From Candidatus Latescibacterota bacterium (GTDB lineage Bacteria; Latescibacterota; UBA2968; UBA8231), in assembly GCA_965206595.1 (NCBI GenBank), contig OZ242214.1:2272001-2336000 (forward strand): a stretch of DNA of 64,000 nucleotides, written 5' to 3'. Below, one piece after another: positions 1 to 8,538 of the stretch (the stretch's first letter is position 1; each line of letters starts with the position of its first letter). Both the position numbers and the translations under genes were made by a program. A model generated the notes under the pieces. It made no database searches. It was not told where the DNA came from and saw only the letters and a list, made by a program, of their open reading frames with translations.

Positions 1-295
1 GTCTTCCCCTTCCGCCACCGAATCCCGGTAGCCTGGGCGTTTTATCCTGCTGTCCGTCGTCGACACTGATTCCACCCTGAATCGGATTTTCCTGACCGTC
101 CCCCCCGCGAAGGGCCGGCGGAATCTATGCCCGGCACGGCCCCCCTTCCATCGGCGAGACCGAGGTAGCGGAGCCGCATATCGCCCGGGCAGCGGAATAT
201 TATCTTTTCATACACTGAAAAACTTGCCAGGTTGCACCGCGGCCCGGGGCGGAACCGGCCACAGCCAGGGGCCTTCCGATGCGCACTCACCTTCG

Positions 296-2608
296 ATGAA
301 GCTCTTCCAGTACCTCCGAGCCGGCTCCACCTGCTTCCCGGTTGCCGCTCTCGCCCTGTCGCTGGGCCTCGCGTCCTGCTCCTCCCCCACCGGTCCGGGC
401 AGGACCGCGGTCATAGCGACCGTCGTCGGCAACGGCATCGCCGGCGACAACGGCGACGGCCTCCCGGGACCGGAGACCTCCCTCTACCTCCCCCAGGACA
501 TGACCTTCGGTCCGGACGGGGTGCTGTACCTCTCCGACTGGAACAACCACCGCGTCCGCCGCCTCGTCGACGGCGTCGTCGAGACCGTGGCCGGCTCCGG
601 TGAGTTGGGGGACGCCCTCGACGGCCCCGCCCTCGAAACCCGGTTCAACCATCCGACCAGCATCGCCTTCGATCGCGATGGCCGCATGGTGATCGCCGCC
701 TGGCACAACAGCAAGGTGAAAAGGGTCGACCTCGTCACCGGGAGCATCGAGAACATCGCCGGCAACGGCGACCGCAACTTCGGAGGCGACGGCGGCCCCG
801 GCAACGAGGCGATCCTCGACCTGCCGAGTTCGGTCGCCGTCGACGCGGTGGGCAACATCCTGATATCGGACCAGGCCAACCAGCGCATCCGGCTGCTGGA
901 GCCGAACGGCACCATCACCACCATCTGCGGCGACGGCGAGCCCGGGTACTCCGGAGACGGAGACGTGGCGGAGAGCGCCCGCCTCAATTCCCCCTCCGGG
1001 CAGTCCGCGCCCCCCTCCGGCAGGATCTCCCTCGACGCCTTCGACCGCATCTACATCGCCGACACCGGCAACCACGTCGTCCGCGTGATCGACAACGACC
1101 GCCGCATCCGCACCATCGCCGGCACCGGCAGACGCGGCTACAGCGGCGACGGCGGAGCGGCGACCGAGGCCCGGCTCAATACTCCCAGCGACGTCGCCGT
1201 CGCCGGCGACGGGACCGTCTACATCGCCGACACCATGAACCACGTCATCCGCAGGATCGACCCGGACGGAGTCATCACTACCTTCGCCGGCACCGGCGAA
1301 CGCGGCTTCGACGGCGACGGGGGAGTGCCCGGCGCCGCCCTGCTCGACCGGCCGTACGGGGTGGCGATCTCTCCGGACGGGGAGCTCTACATCGCCGACA
1401 CCCACAACCACCGGGTGCGCCGGGTCACCGCGGACGAGTCCGCCGCCGAAGTCGTCGAGGCCGTCGAACCGGAACCGGTGGAGGTCGTTGCCTGCACCGA
1501 TACCCCCGGGAGTATCTGCACCTGGGCCGGCACCGGCCGGAGCGGCTTCAACGGCGACGGCAACGAGCGCCTGCAGACCGACCTATACTGGCCCTTCGAC
1601 GTCGAGTTCACCCCGAGCGGCCGCCGTATCCTCCTCGACTGGAACAACCACACCGTCCGCGAGATCCTGCCGGACGAGACCCTGACTACGATCATGGGGA
1701 CCTACTTCGTCGGCGACGGCCCCGAGGATCTGAGCGACCTCGCCGAGCCGGGGGCCGACCCGCTCGCCGTCAACCTCAACCACCCGACCGACGTCATGGA
1801 GCTCGCCAACGGCGACCTCGTGCTGATGGCCTGGCACAACCACAAGATCCGCCTCCTCAGCGCGGACAGCGGCCGCGTCCTCGTGATCGCCGGACGGCAT
1901 GCCGATTTCGCCGGCGACGGCGGTCCGGCGCGCGACGCCCTGGTCAACCAGCCGCCGCACGCGGTGATCGACGGCCGCGGCAACCTGATCTTCATCGACC
2001 AGCGCAACCAGCGCATCCGCGCCATCGCCGATTTCCTCGGGCAGCGGGAGGACGGCATCATCGCCACCATCGCCGGGACCGGCGATCAGGGGTTCAACGG
2101 CGACGGTCCGGGGCCCTCGGCCCAGGTGGCCTTTCCCGCGGGGGGAAACCCGGAACCGAGCGGCGGCTTGGCCCTGGGCGCCGACGGCAGCCTCTACTTC
2201 GCCGATACCCACAACCACCGCATACGCCGGATCGACTTCGGCGGCGAGACGCTTTCCGACAACATGGTCACGACCGTGGCCGGCACCGGGGAGCCCGGTT
2301 TCAGCGGCGACGGCGGCCCCGCGGCCGGGGCGGCGATCAATTTTCCCCAGGACATGGAGATCGGGCCGGACGGCCTCCTCTATTTCGCCGACACCGACAA
2401 CCACCGGGTGCGCCGCATCGACCTCGTCGAAGGGACCATCGAGACGGTGGCCGGCAGCGGCGAGAAAGGGTACCGCGGCGACGGCGGGCGAGCCCGCGAT
2501 GCCGCCTTCAACCGCCCCTTCGGAGTCGCCTTCGACGCCGGCGGGGCGCTCTACGTTTCCGACACCTTCAACGGACGCATTCGCAAAGTGATCCTGGAGA
2601 GCCGATGA
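296..2608 (+). CDS. NHL-repeat (teneurin-like) beta-propeller lipoprotein, two propellers
   Basis: Lipobox LASC after a hydrophobic N-terminus (ATG 296 chosen). Many repeats of 'G.(L/V)YIADT.NHR(I/V)R.ID...I.T.AGTG..G(F/Y).GDGG.A..A.LN.P'. Confidence 0.9.
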   Translation: MKLFQYLRAGSTCFPVAALALSLGLASCSSPTGPGRTAVIATVVGNGIAGDNGDGLPGPETSLYLPQDMTFGPDGVLYLSDWNNHRVRRLVDGVVETVAGSGELGDALDGPALETRFNHPTSIAFDRDGRMVIAAWHNSKVKRVDLVTGSIENIAGNGDRNFGGDGGPGNEAILDLPSSVAVDAVGNILISDQANQRIRLLEPNGTITTICGDGEPGYSGDGDVAESARLNSPSGQSAPPSGRISLDAFDRIYIADTGNHVVRVIDNDRRIRTIAGTGRRGYSGDGGAATEARLNTPSDVAVAGDGTVYIADTMNHVIRRIDPDGVITTFAGTGERGFDGDGGVPGAALLDRPYGVAISPDGELYIADTHNHRVRRVTADESAAEVVEAVEPEPVEVVACTDTPGSICTWAGTGRSGFNGDGNERLQTDLYWPFDVEFTPSGRRILLDWNNHTVREILPDETLTTIMGTYFVGDGPEDLSDLAEPGADPLAVNLNHPTDVMELANGDLVLMAWHNHKIRLLSADSGRVLVIAGRHADFAGDGGPARDALVNQPPHAVIDGRGNLIFIDQRNQRIRAIADFLGQREDGIIATIAGTGDQGFNGDGPGPSAQVAFPAGGNPEPSGGLALGADGSLYFADTHNHRIRRIDFGGETLSDNMVTTVAGTGEPGFSGDGGPAAGAAINFPQDMEIGPDGLLYFADTDNHRVRRIDLVEGTIETVAGSGEKGYRGDGGRARDAAFNRPFGVAFDAGGALYVSDTFNGRIRKVILESR

Positions 2609-3099
2609 GCCGACGCAAACCCAGACGCAGCGGACCTGCCCTTTTCGCCGCCCTTGCCGGGACCCTCGCCCTGGCCGCCTGCGGCAAGGGGCCGACGAAA
2701 GAGGAGAACGGCCCCGAACCGGTGTTCGCCGCCGACTACCTCGAGACCTTCACGGAAGTCCGCGACTGCCGTTTCAGCAGCTCCCACCCCGGGATGATCC
2801 GGGTGCTGGTCAACGACATCGGGGCGGCGGCCTACCTGGCCGGCGAGAACCCGCTGCCGGTCGGCACGGTCGTCGTCAAGGAGGTGTTCGACGGTACTAC
2901 CTGCGGGGATTACGGCGAGCTGGGGATGTGGGCGGCGATGCGCAAGGAGGCGTCCGGCTTCGATCCGGAGGACGGCGACTGGCACTGGCAGGACGTGCTG
3001 CCGGAGCGCTCGGTGCCGAACGACACCAAAACGCGCTGCATCGCCTGTCACAGCAGGGACGAGTGCGCCCCCAGGGATTTCATGTGCACCGAGGAGTAG
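2605..3099 (+). CDS. Cytochrome P460-family c-type cytochrome, lipoprotein
   Basis: Lipobox LAAC; 'PLPVGTVVVKE', 'AMRK...FDPEDGDWHW' and a C-terminal CIACH heme motif are typical of the P460 fold. ATGA overlap with the upstream gene. Confidence 0.8.
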   Translation: MSRRKPRRSGPALFAALAGTLALAACGKGPTKEENGPEPVFAADYLETFTEVRDCRFSSSHPGMIRVLVNDIGAAAYLAGENPLPVGTVVVKEVFDGTTCGDYGELGMWAAMRKEASGFDPEDGDWHWQDVLPERSVPNDTKTRCIACHSRDECAPRDFMCTEE

Positions 3100-3173
3100 C
3101 GGGAATCCCTGCGCGCCGCCCCCGCTTCGCGCCGCCTCCGACCCGGCCTGCTCGAAGCGGTTTCCCCGGCTGG

Positions 3174-4307
3174 ATGCCCGGCCTCCTGGCCATCCCCCTT
3201 CCCCTCGCGTCCCTGCTGCTCGGCGCCGGCTGCGGCAGCGACGCCCCGACCTCGGGCGTACCGGCGGCATGCGACGAGCCGGGGGTGATCTGCACCGTCG
3301 CCGGCACCGGGCTGCGCCAGTTCGACGGCGACGGCCGGGAAGCGCGGGAAACCTCCCTCTACAACCCCCTCGACGTCGAGTTCGACCGCCGCGGGCGCCC
3401 CCTCATCCTCGACTGGAACAACCTGCGGGTCAGGCGGATAAACGACGACGGCACCGTCGAGACCGTCATCGGCCAGGATTTCGAGGGGGCCGCCGAGGAC
3501 GGCGCCCTGGCCGTCGACACGCCGCTGCACCACCCGGGGGATCTCGAGATCGACGCCGCCGGCAACATCTACATCGCCTCCAACCACATCTCCAACGTCA
3601 TCCGCCTCGACGGGGACGACCGCGTAACCGTGGTCGCCGGGACGGACCAGTACGGGTACGAGGGGGACGGCGGCCCGGCGCTGGAAGCGGTGCTGGCGGC
3701 CCCCTTCGGGGTCCTGCCGGCAGGGGACGGCGGCTTCTACATCAGCGACACCGAAGCCCACGTGGTCCGGCACGTCGACTCCGGGGGGATCATCACCACG
3801 GTAGCCGGCAACGGCATCCGCGGCTTCTCCGGCGACGGCGGTCCCGGCTCCGAAGCGCAGCTCGACGGGCCCACGCGCCTCCGCCTCGACGGGGAGGGCC
3901 GACTGTACATCTGCGACACCCGCAACCACCGCATCCGCCGGCTCGACGGCGACGGCGTCATCGCCACAGTCGCCGGCACCGGGAACCCCGGCTTCGCCGG
4001 CGACGGGGGGCCGGCGCTCGAGGCGCAGCTGAACGCGCCGTTCGATCTGCGTTTCGCCCGCGGCGCCCTGTTCATCGCCGACTCGGGCAACAACGCGGTG
4101 CGCCGCATCGGAAGCGACGGCGCCATCGCCACCGTCGTCGGCACCGGGGAGGCCGGTTTCTCCGGCGACGAGGGGGACGCCCGTCTCTGTACCCTCAACC
4201 GGCCCTCCGCCATCGCCTTGGCGAGCGACGGTTCGCTCTGGATCGCCGACACCTTCAACCAGCGAATCCGCCGCGTCGCCGGCTTTCTCGAGGCCCGGGG
4301 CGGATGA
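3174..4307 (+). CDS. NHL-repeat beta-propeller lipoprotein
   Basis: Lipobox GAGC and NHL repeats. Its N-terminal 'CDEPGVICTVAGTG' resembles 'CTDTPGSICTWAGTG' of the first gene. Confidence 0.88.
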   Translation: MPGLLAIPLPLASLLLGAGCGSDAPTSGVPAACDEPGVICTVAGTGLRQFDGDGREARETSLYNPLDVEFDRRGRPLILDWNNLRVRRINDDGTVETVIGQDFEGAAEDGALAVDTPLHHPGDLEIDAAGNIYIASNHISNVIRLDGDDRVTVVAGTDQYGYEGDGGPALEAVLAAPFGVLPAGDGGFYISDTEAHVVRHVDSGGIITTVAGNGIRGFSGDGGPGSEAQLDGPTRLRLDGEGRLYICDTRNHRIRRLDGDGVIATVAGTGNPGFAGDGGPALEAQLNAPFDLRFARGALFIADSGNNAVRRIGSDGAIATVVGTGEAGFSGDEGDARLCTLNRPSAIALASDGSLWIADTFNQRIRRVAGFLEARGG

Positions 4308-5419
4308 GACGAACCCCGGCCCTGCTGCCGGTGCTCCTGCTGCTGAGCGGTTGCGGCGATCGCGCCACCAGTGGCAACGGTGCGCCGGAGGCAGGCCGGA
4401 TCGACACCTATGCCGGCACCGGAAAAGCCGGATTTTCCGGAGACGGCGGAGCCGCGGGCAGGGCGCAGCTGCACACCCCCGTCGGCGTCGCCCCGGGACC
4501 GGCAGGCGACCTGGTAGTCGTCGACTTCGGCAATCACCGCATCCGTGCCATCGCCCCGGAGACGGAGGTCATCACCACTCTGGCCGGCGGCGACGGCAGC
4601 GCCCCCCTGCTCTTTCCCACGGATATCGCCTTTGCGGGCGGGGATTTCTTCGTGACGAGCTGGGGCTCGCACCAGGTATTCCGCTACCGCGACCGGGGGC
4701 GGGTCACCGCGGCCGGGACGGGCGAACAGGGATGCGCGGAGAGCGGGGGCCCTGCCGATGCCGCGGCGATCAGCCGGCCGCGAGCCGTAGGCCTGCTCGC
4801 CGACGGCACCCTCCTGCTCGCCGCGCAGGGCTGCCGGCGCCTGCTCGCCCTTTCTCCATCCGGGGAGCTGAGCCTCTGGGCGGGCACCGGGGCGGCGGGG
4901 TACGGTGGGGACGACGGACCTGCTCTGGAGGCGACCTTCGGCGCCACGGATCCCGGCGGCCTGGTCCCCGGCTTCGGTTTCGCCCTCAGCCCCGAGAACC
5001 CTCCCGACGAGCTCTTCGTCGCCGACACCGGCAACCACGTAATCCGGGAAATCAACCTCTTCGACGGCACCATCAGAACCTTCGCCGGCACCGGTGAACC
5101 TGGATTTGCCGACGGCCCGCCGCGGTCGGCGGCCTTCAACCGGCCGGCGGCCGTCTTCGTGTCGGAGGACCACACGGTCTGGGTCGCCGACACCGGCAAC
5201 CACGCCATTCGCCGCATCGACCCGCTGCAGATCGAGGTGGCGACGGTTGCCGGGACCGGCAGGGCAGGGTACAACGGAGACGGGATCCCGGCGCTCGAGG
5301 CCCGGCTCGACCATCCGGCAGGGGTATACGTCACCGGGGAGGGTGTGATGTATATTGCCGACAGCGGCAATCACCGCATCCGCAGAGTGAGCCTTCCGGG
5401 ATACGGACCTCTGCCATGA
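4304..5419 (+). CDS. NHL-repeat beta-propeller lipoprotein
   Basis: ATG 4304 overlaps the upstream stop; lipobox LSGC; NHL repeats (VADTGNHVIR, VADTGNHAIRR). Confidence 0.88.
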   Translation: MRRTPALLPVLLLLSGCGDRATSGNGAPEAGRIDTYAGTGKAGFSGDGGAAGRAQLHTPVGVAPGPAGDLVVVDFGNHRIRAIAPETEVITTLAGGDGSAPLLFPTDIAFAGGDFFVTSWGSHQVFRYRDRGRVTAAGTGEQGCAESGGPADAAAISRPRAVGLLADGTLLLAAQGCRRLLALSPSGELSLWAGTGAAGYGGDDGPALEATFGATDPGGLVPGFGFALSPENPPDELFVADTGNHVIREINLFDGTIRTFAGTGEPGFADGPPRSAAFNRPAAVFVSEDHTVWVADTGNHAIRRIDPLQIEVATVAGTGRAGYNGDGIPALEARLDHPAGVYVTGEGVMYIADSGNHRIRRVSLPGYGPLP

Positions 5420-5621
5420 GCCTGATCCCCCCCGAAGTCGCCATGACCTGGGGCCGGGGATCCGCGATCGCTCGGGGATCCCCGATCCGCCGAGATCCGC
5501 GAGCTCGACGCCGGGAACGGCCTGCCGCAGCGGATCAAATGATGCAGCGCAACCCTTTTTTTTGCAGCGGAACCCTGAAAGGGAGTTCCCCGGCGTTCCG
5601 CGAGTACCGACGGCAAATCCC

Positions 5622-6695
5622 ATGAATGCAACGAACAGACGCAGCGTGATCCTTTCGGCGATCTCCCTCGGCCTGGCCGCGGCCCTGGGGTGCTCGTCGC
5701 CGACCGACAACGGCAACGGAAACGGCGAGCCCGCGGGACCGCCGGCCTGGAAGCTCGTGCAGCAGGAGCTGCCCTCGGCGCTGATGTCCGTACAGGTCGT
5801 CTCCAACGGCGACGTCTACGCCGTCGGCAGCGACGTCGAGGACGGCCGGGGGCCGTACGTGCTGCGCTTCGACGGAAGCAACTGGACCCGCCTGGAAACC
5901 GGCGCCGGCGGTGATTTGTGGTGGGTGCACGAGGTCGGCCCGGACGAAATCTGGATGAGCGGCACCAACCGGCTCGTGCTGCGCTACCAACCCTCGACGG
6001 GGACCTTCACCCAGTTCGACGCCGGCGAGGGGCCGGAAATCCTCTACGGCATCTGGGGGTTGAGCGGCGACGACATCTGGGCGGTGGGCGGCCAGAAATG
6101 CGGGGTCGCCCTGCGCTTCGACGGAAGCAGTTGGCTCGAGCTCGAGCTGCCGGAGCTCGAGGGGGCGGTCTGTCTGCCCAACCTCTTCAAGGTCTGGGGC
6201 CCCGCGGCCGACGAGGTCTGGATGGTTGGAGAGCGGGGCGTCGTCCTCTCCTTCGACGGCTCTGCTATCTCCCTGCAGCAGACCGAATCGGGGCGCACTC
6301 TGTTCACCGTGCACGGCGACGCCAACGGGGAGCTGATAACCGCGGTCGGGGGACAGCTGTCGGGAGAGATCTGGGAGCTGGTCGACGGGGTCTGGACCGA
6401 AGTGACCCCCGAGCGCACGCGGCAGATGCTCGGCGTCAACGTCGGGCGGGGCGGGGAGGCGGTAGCGGTCGGGGAAGACGCCTCGAGCGTCCGCCGCGGC
6501 AGCGATGGCTGGGCGCTCGAGGAGAACGGCCTTTTCGACGCGGTCGGCGATCTCACCTTTCACGCCGTGTGGAGCGATGCGGACAGCAATGCCTGGGCGG
6601 TCGGAGGGCAGCTGCTGATCGGTCCGTTCGACCGCGGCATGGTCGCCTTCTACGGCCCGGACACCCCCTCTTCCGAGATCGTCAACGGCCGCTGA
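5622..6695 (+). CDS. Beta-propeller lipoprotein with '(I/V)WG...D(I/V)WAVG' repeats, function unknown
   Basis: Lipobox ALGC; repeated 'L..VWG....VW.VG..G....(F/Y)DG..W' blades. Confidence 0.75.
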   Translation: MNATNRRSVILSAISLGLAAALGCSSPTDNGNGNGEPAGPPAWKLVQQELPSALMSVQVVSNGDVYAVGSDVEDGRGPYVLRFDGSNWTRLETGAGGDLWWVHEVGPDEIWMSGTNRLVLRYQPSTGTFTQFDAGEGPEILYGIWGLSGDDIWAVGGQKCGVALRFDGSSWLELELPELEGAVCLPNLFKVWGPAADEVWMVGERGVVLSFDGSAISLQQTESGRTLFTVHGDANGELITAVGGQLSGEIWELVDGVWTEVTPERTRQMLGVNVGRGGEAVAVGEDASSVRRGSDGWALEENGLFDAVGDLTFHAVWSDADSNAWAVGGQLLIGPFDRGMVAFYGPDTPSSEIVNGR

Positions 6696-6814
6696 CCCGG
6701 CTTGCCGGAGGCTCCGGCGCCAGGCAGGCACGAGCATCCGGCAGCAGACTCGGCCTCTCACCGGAGTCCCGCGAGCGGTTGCCCTTTCCGCTCTACCTTG
6801 CGGAGAATTTCCCC

Positions 6815-7627
6815 ATGCGAAAGCCCAGCCGCGCGCTGCTGCGCACGGCCTCCGCAGTCGCCTGCGCCGTTGCCGCGGCCGGATGCGGCGACGGCGGCAG
6901 CGCTGAGAAGGGCAGCGTCGCCATCCGCTTCGAGCACGAGGTCGACGGCGCCGTCCTGGAGCTCGGAACCGGCATCTACACCAACGCCGCCGGCAACCAG
7001 TACTCCGTCACGCACCTCGAGTACATCATCACGGAAGTCTCGCTGGCGGGTGCCGACGGCGGCGCCGTCGAGATCGCCGGCCGCCACTACCTCAACGAGT
7101 CCTGCAGCGGATCCAGGCAGCTCTCCGCCGAGATTCCCGGCGGCTCCTACAGCGCCCTGCGTTTCCGTTTCGGGATCGGCCAAGAGGCGAACGTCAGCGG
7201 CGGGCTGCCGAACGAGACCGCGTACAACAACATGGCCTGGCCGGACAACATGGGAGGCGGCTACCACTACATGCGCCTCGAAGGGCTGTACGACGACGAC
7301 GACGAGGTCGCCAGCTTCCTGTCGCACACCGGCCCGACCGCGGCGAAGGACTTCTCCTTCGTCGTCGAGCTGCCGCTCGTCCTCGAGGTCGACGACGGCG
7401 ACTGGGAGATCTCCGTCGTCATGAACATCAACAGCTGGTTCGACGATCCCCTGTACGACTTCACCGGCACCGGGATGATCATGGGGAACGCCGACGCCCA
7501 GGTCCTTCACCGCGACAACGGCGCCAACCTTTTCACCGTCTCCGGGGTATCCCGCGGCAACAGGGAGGACCAGACCCACGAAATGGAGGAGTGTGCAGGC
7601 GGTGGAGGGATGCGCCCCGAGGGCTAG
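6815..7627 (+). CDS. MbnP-like (copper-binding) lipoprotein
   Basis: Lipobox AAGC; 'YTNAAGNQYSVTHLEYII', 'IPGGSYSALRFRFGI', 'MAWPDNMGGGYHYMRLEG', 'SHTG'. Adjacent to an MbnH-like gene, the usual MbnP context. Confidence 0.72.
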   Translation: MRKPSRALLRTASAVACAVAAAGCGDGGSAEKGSVAIRFEHEVDGAVLELGTGIYTNAAGNQYSVTHLEYIITEVSLAGADGGAVEIAGRHYLNESCSGSRQLSAEIPGGSYSALRFRFGIGQEANVSGGLPNETAYNNMAWPDNMGGGYHYMRLEGLYDDDDEVASFLSHTGPTAAKDFSFVVELPLVLEVDDGDWEISVVMNINSWFDDPLYDFTGTGMIMGNADAQVLHRDNGANLFTVSGVSRGNREDQTHEMEECAGGGGMRPEG

Positions 7628-7733
7628 AGCGATTGGGATGAGATTTCACCTCCTTGCGACGATGGATCGGGTCGCAGTTTCCCCACGCCTCCGGGGCCGG
7701 CGGCCAGGACCACCCTGTTCGGGCGATTGGCCT

Positions 7734-8399
7734 GTGTCTGGCAGCACTGAAAGACCGCCGGTCCACTCCCTGCTGATCGCCCTGGCGGCCGCGGGGCTCA
7801 CCGGCTGCGGCGGGGAATCCGTTCCGGGGCCGGAGGCCGGTCCGACGCCGTACGAACTCGCCATCCCCGAGGGTTTCCCGCCGATGGCCGTCCCGCCCGA
7901 CAACCCGATGACGGAGGAAGGGGTCGCCCTCGGCAGGCGCCTGTTCTTCGACCCGATCCTGTCGGCCGACAGCGCCACCTCCTGCGCGACCTGTCACCGC
8001 CCGGAGTTCGTCTTCGGCGATTCCGGACCGCTCAGCCGCGGCTTCGGCGGCCCCACGAGGAGAAACTCGATGCCGCTGGCCAACGCCGGCTGGGCGCGGT
8101 CGCTGTTCTCCGGGCGCATCGCCGTCAGCGGCAGGCGCCTCGACTACGGCAGGTTCAAGTCGCCGGGCATGCGCAACGTCGAGTTCACCGCCCCCTACAT
8201 GCACGACGGCCGCTTCCGGACCCTCGAGGAGGTGCTCGACCACTACGACTCGGGCTTGCACCTGAACGAGTTCCTCGACCCCCTGCTGCTGCGTTTCCGC
8301 GAGCCGCGCGACTTCACCCGCGAGGAGCGCGAGGCCCTGGTCGCCTTTCTGCTGACCCTGTCCGACCGCGAGTTCACCAGGCCGATGTCGGGCAGATGA
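7734..8399 (+). pseudogene. MbnH/MauG-like di-heme cytochrome c peroxidase with a large in-frame internal deletion (one heme motif only)
   Basis: 'PDNPMTEEGVALGRRLFFDPILS..SCATCH', 'RNSMPLAN' and 'GRFKSPGMRNVEFTAPYMHDG' are present, but the WDGR..second CxxCH segment is missing (junction near 8108). Confidence 0.75.
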
Positions 8400-8538
8400 C
8401 GAGGAAGGCCCCGGGTGACGGCTGCCTCGCCATCTGGGCTGCCGCTGCCGTCACGCCGCCGGCAACCTGCTCCCCGGGATGCGGTCCAGCGCCGAGTTGT
8501 TGCGATCTCCGGGGGAAAAGGGGCAAATTTCCTCGACC

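Noticed and set aside
5543-5576. Direct repeat TGCAGCG(C/G)AACCCT around a T8 run as terminator or riboswitch
   Set aside because: No GC stem precedes the T-run and no recognisable riboswitch consensus is present. It could be a promoter element but cannot be supported.
6815-8399. Methanobactin biosynthesis cluster
   Set aside because: No mbnA/B/C or TonB-dependent receptor is present; MbnP/MbnH pairs also occur outside methanobactin operons.
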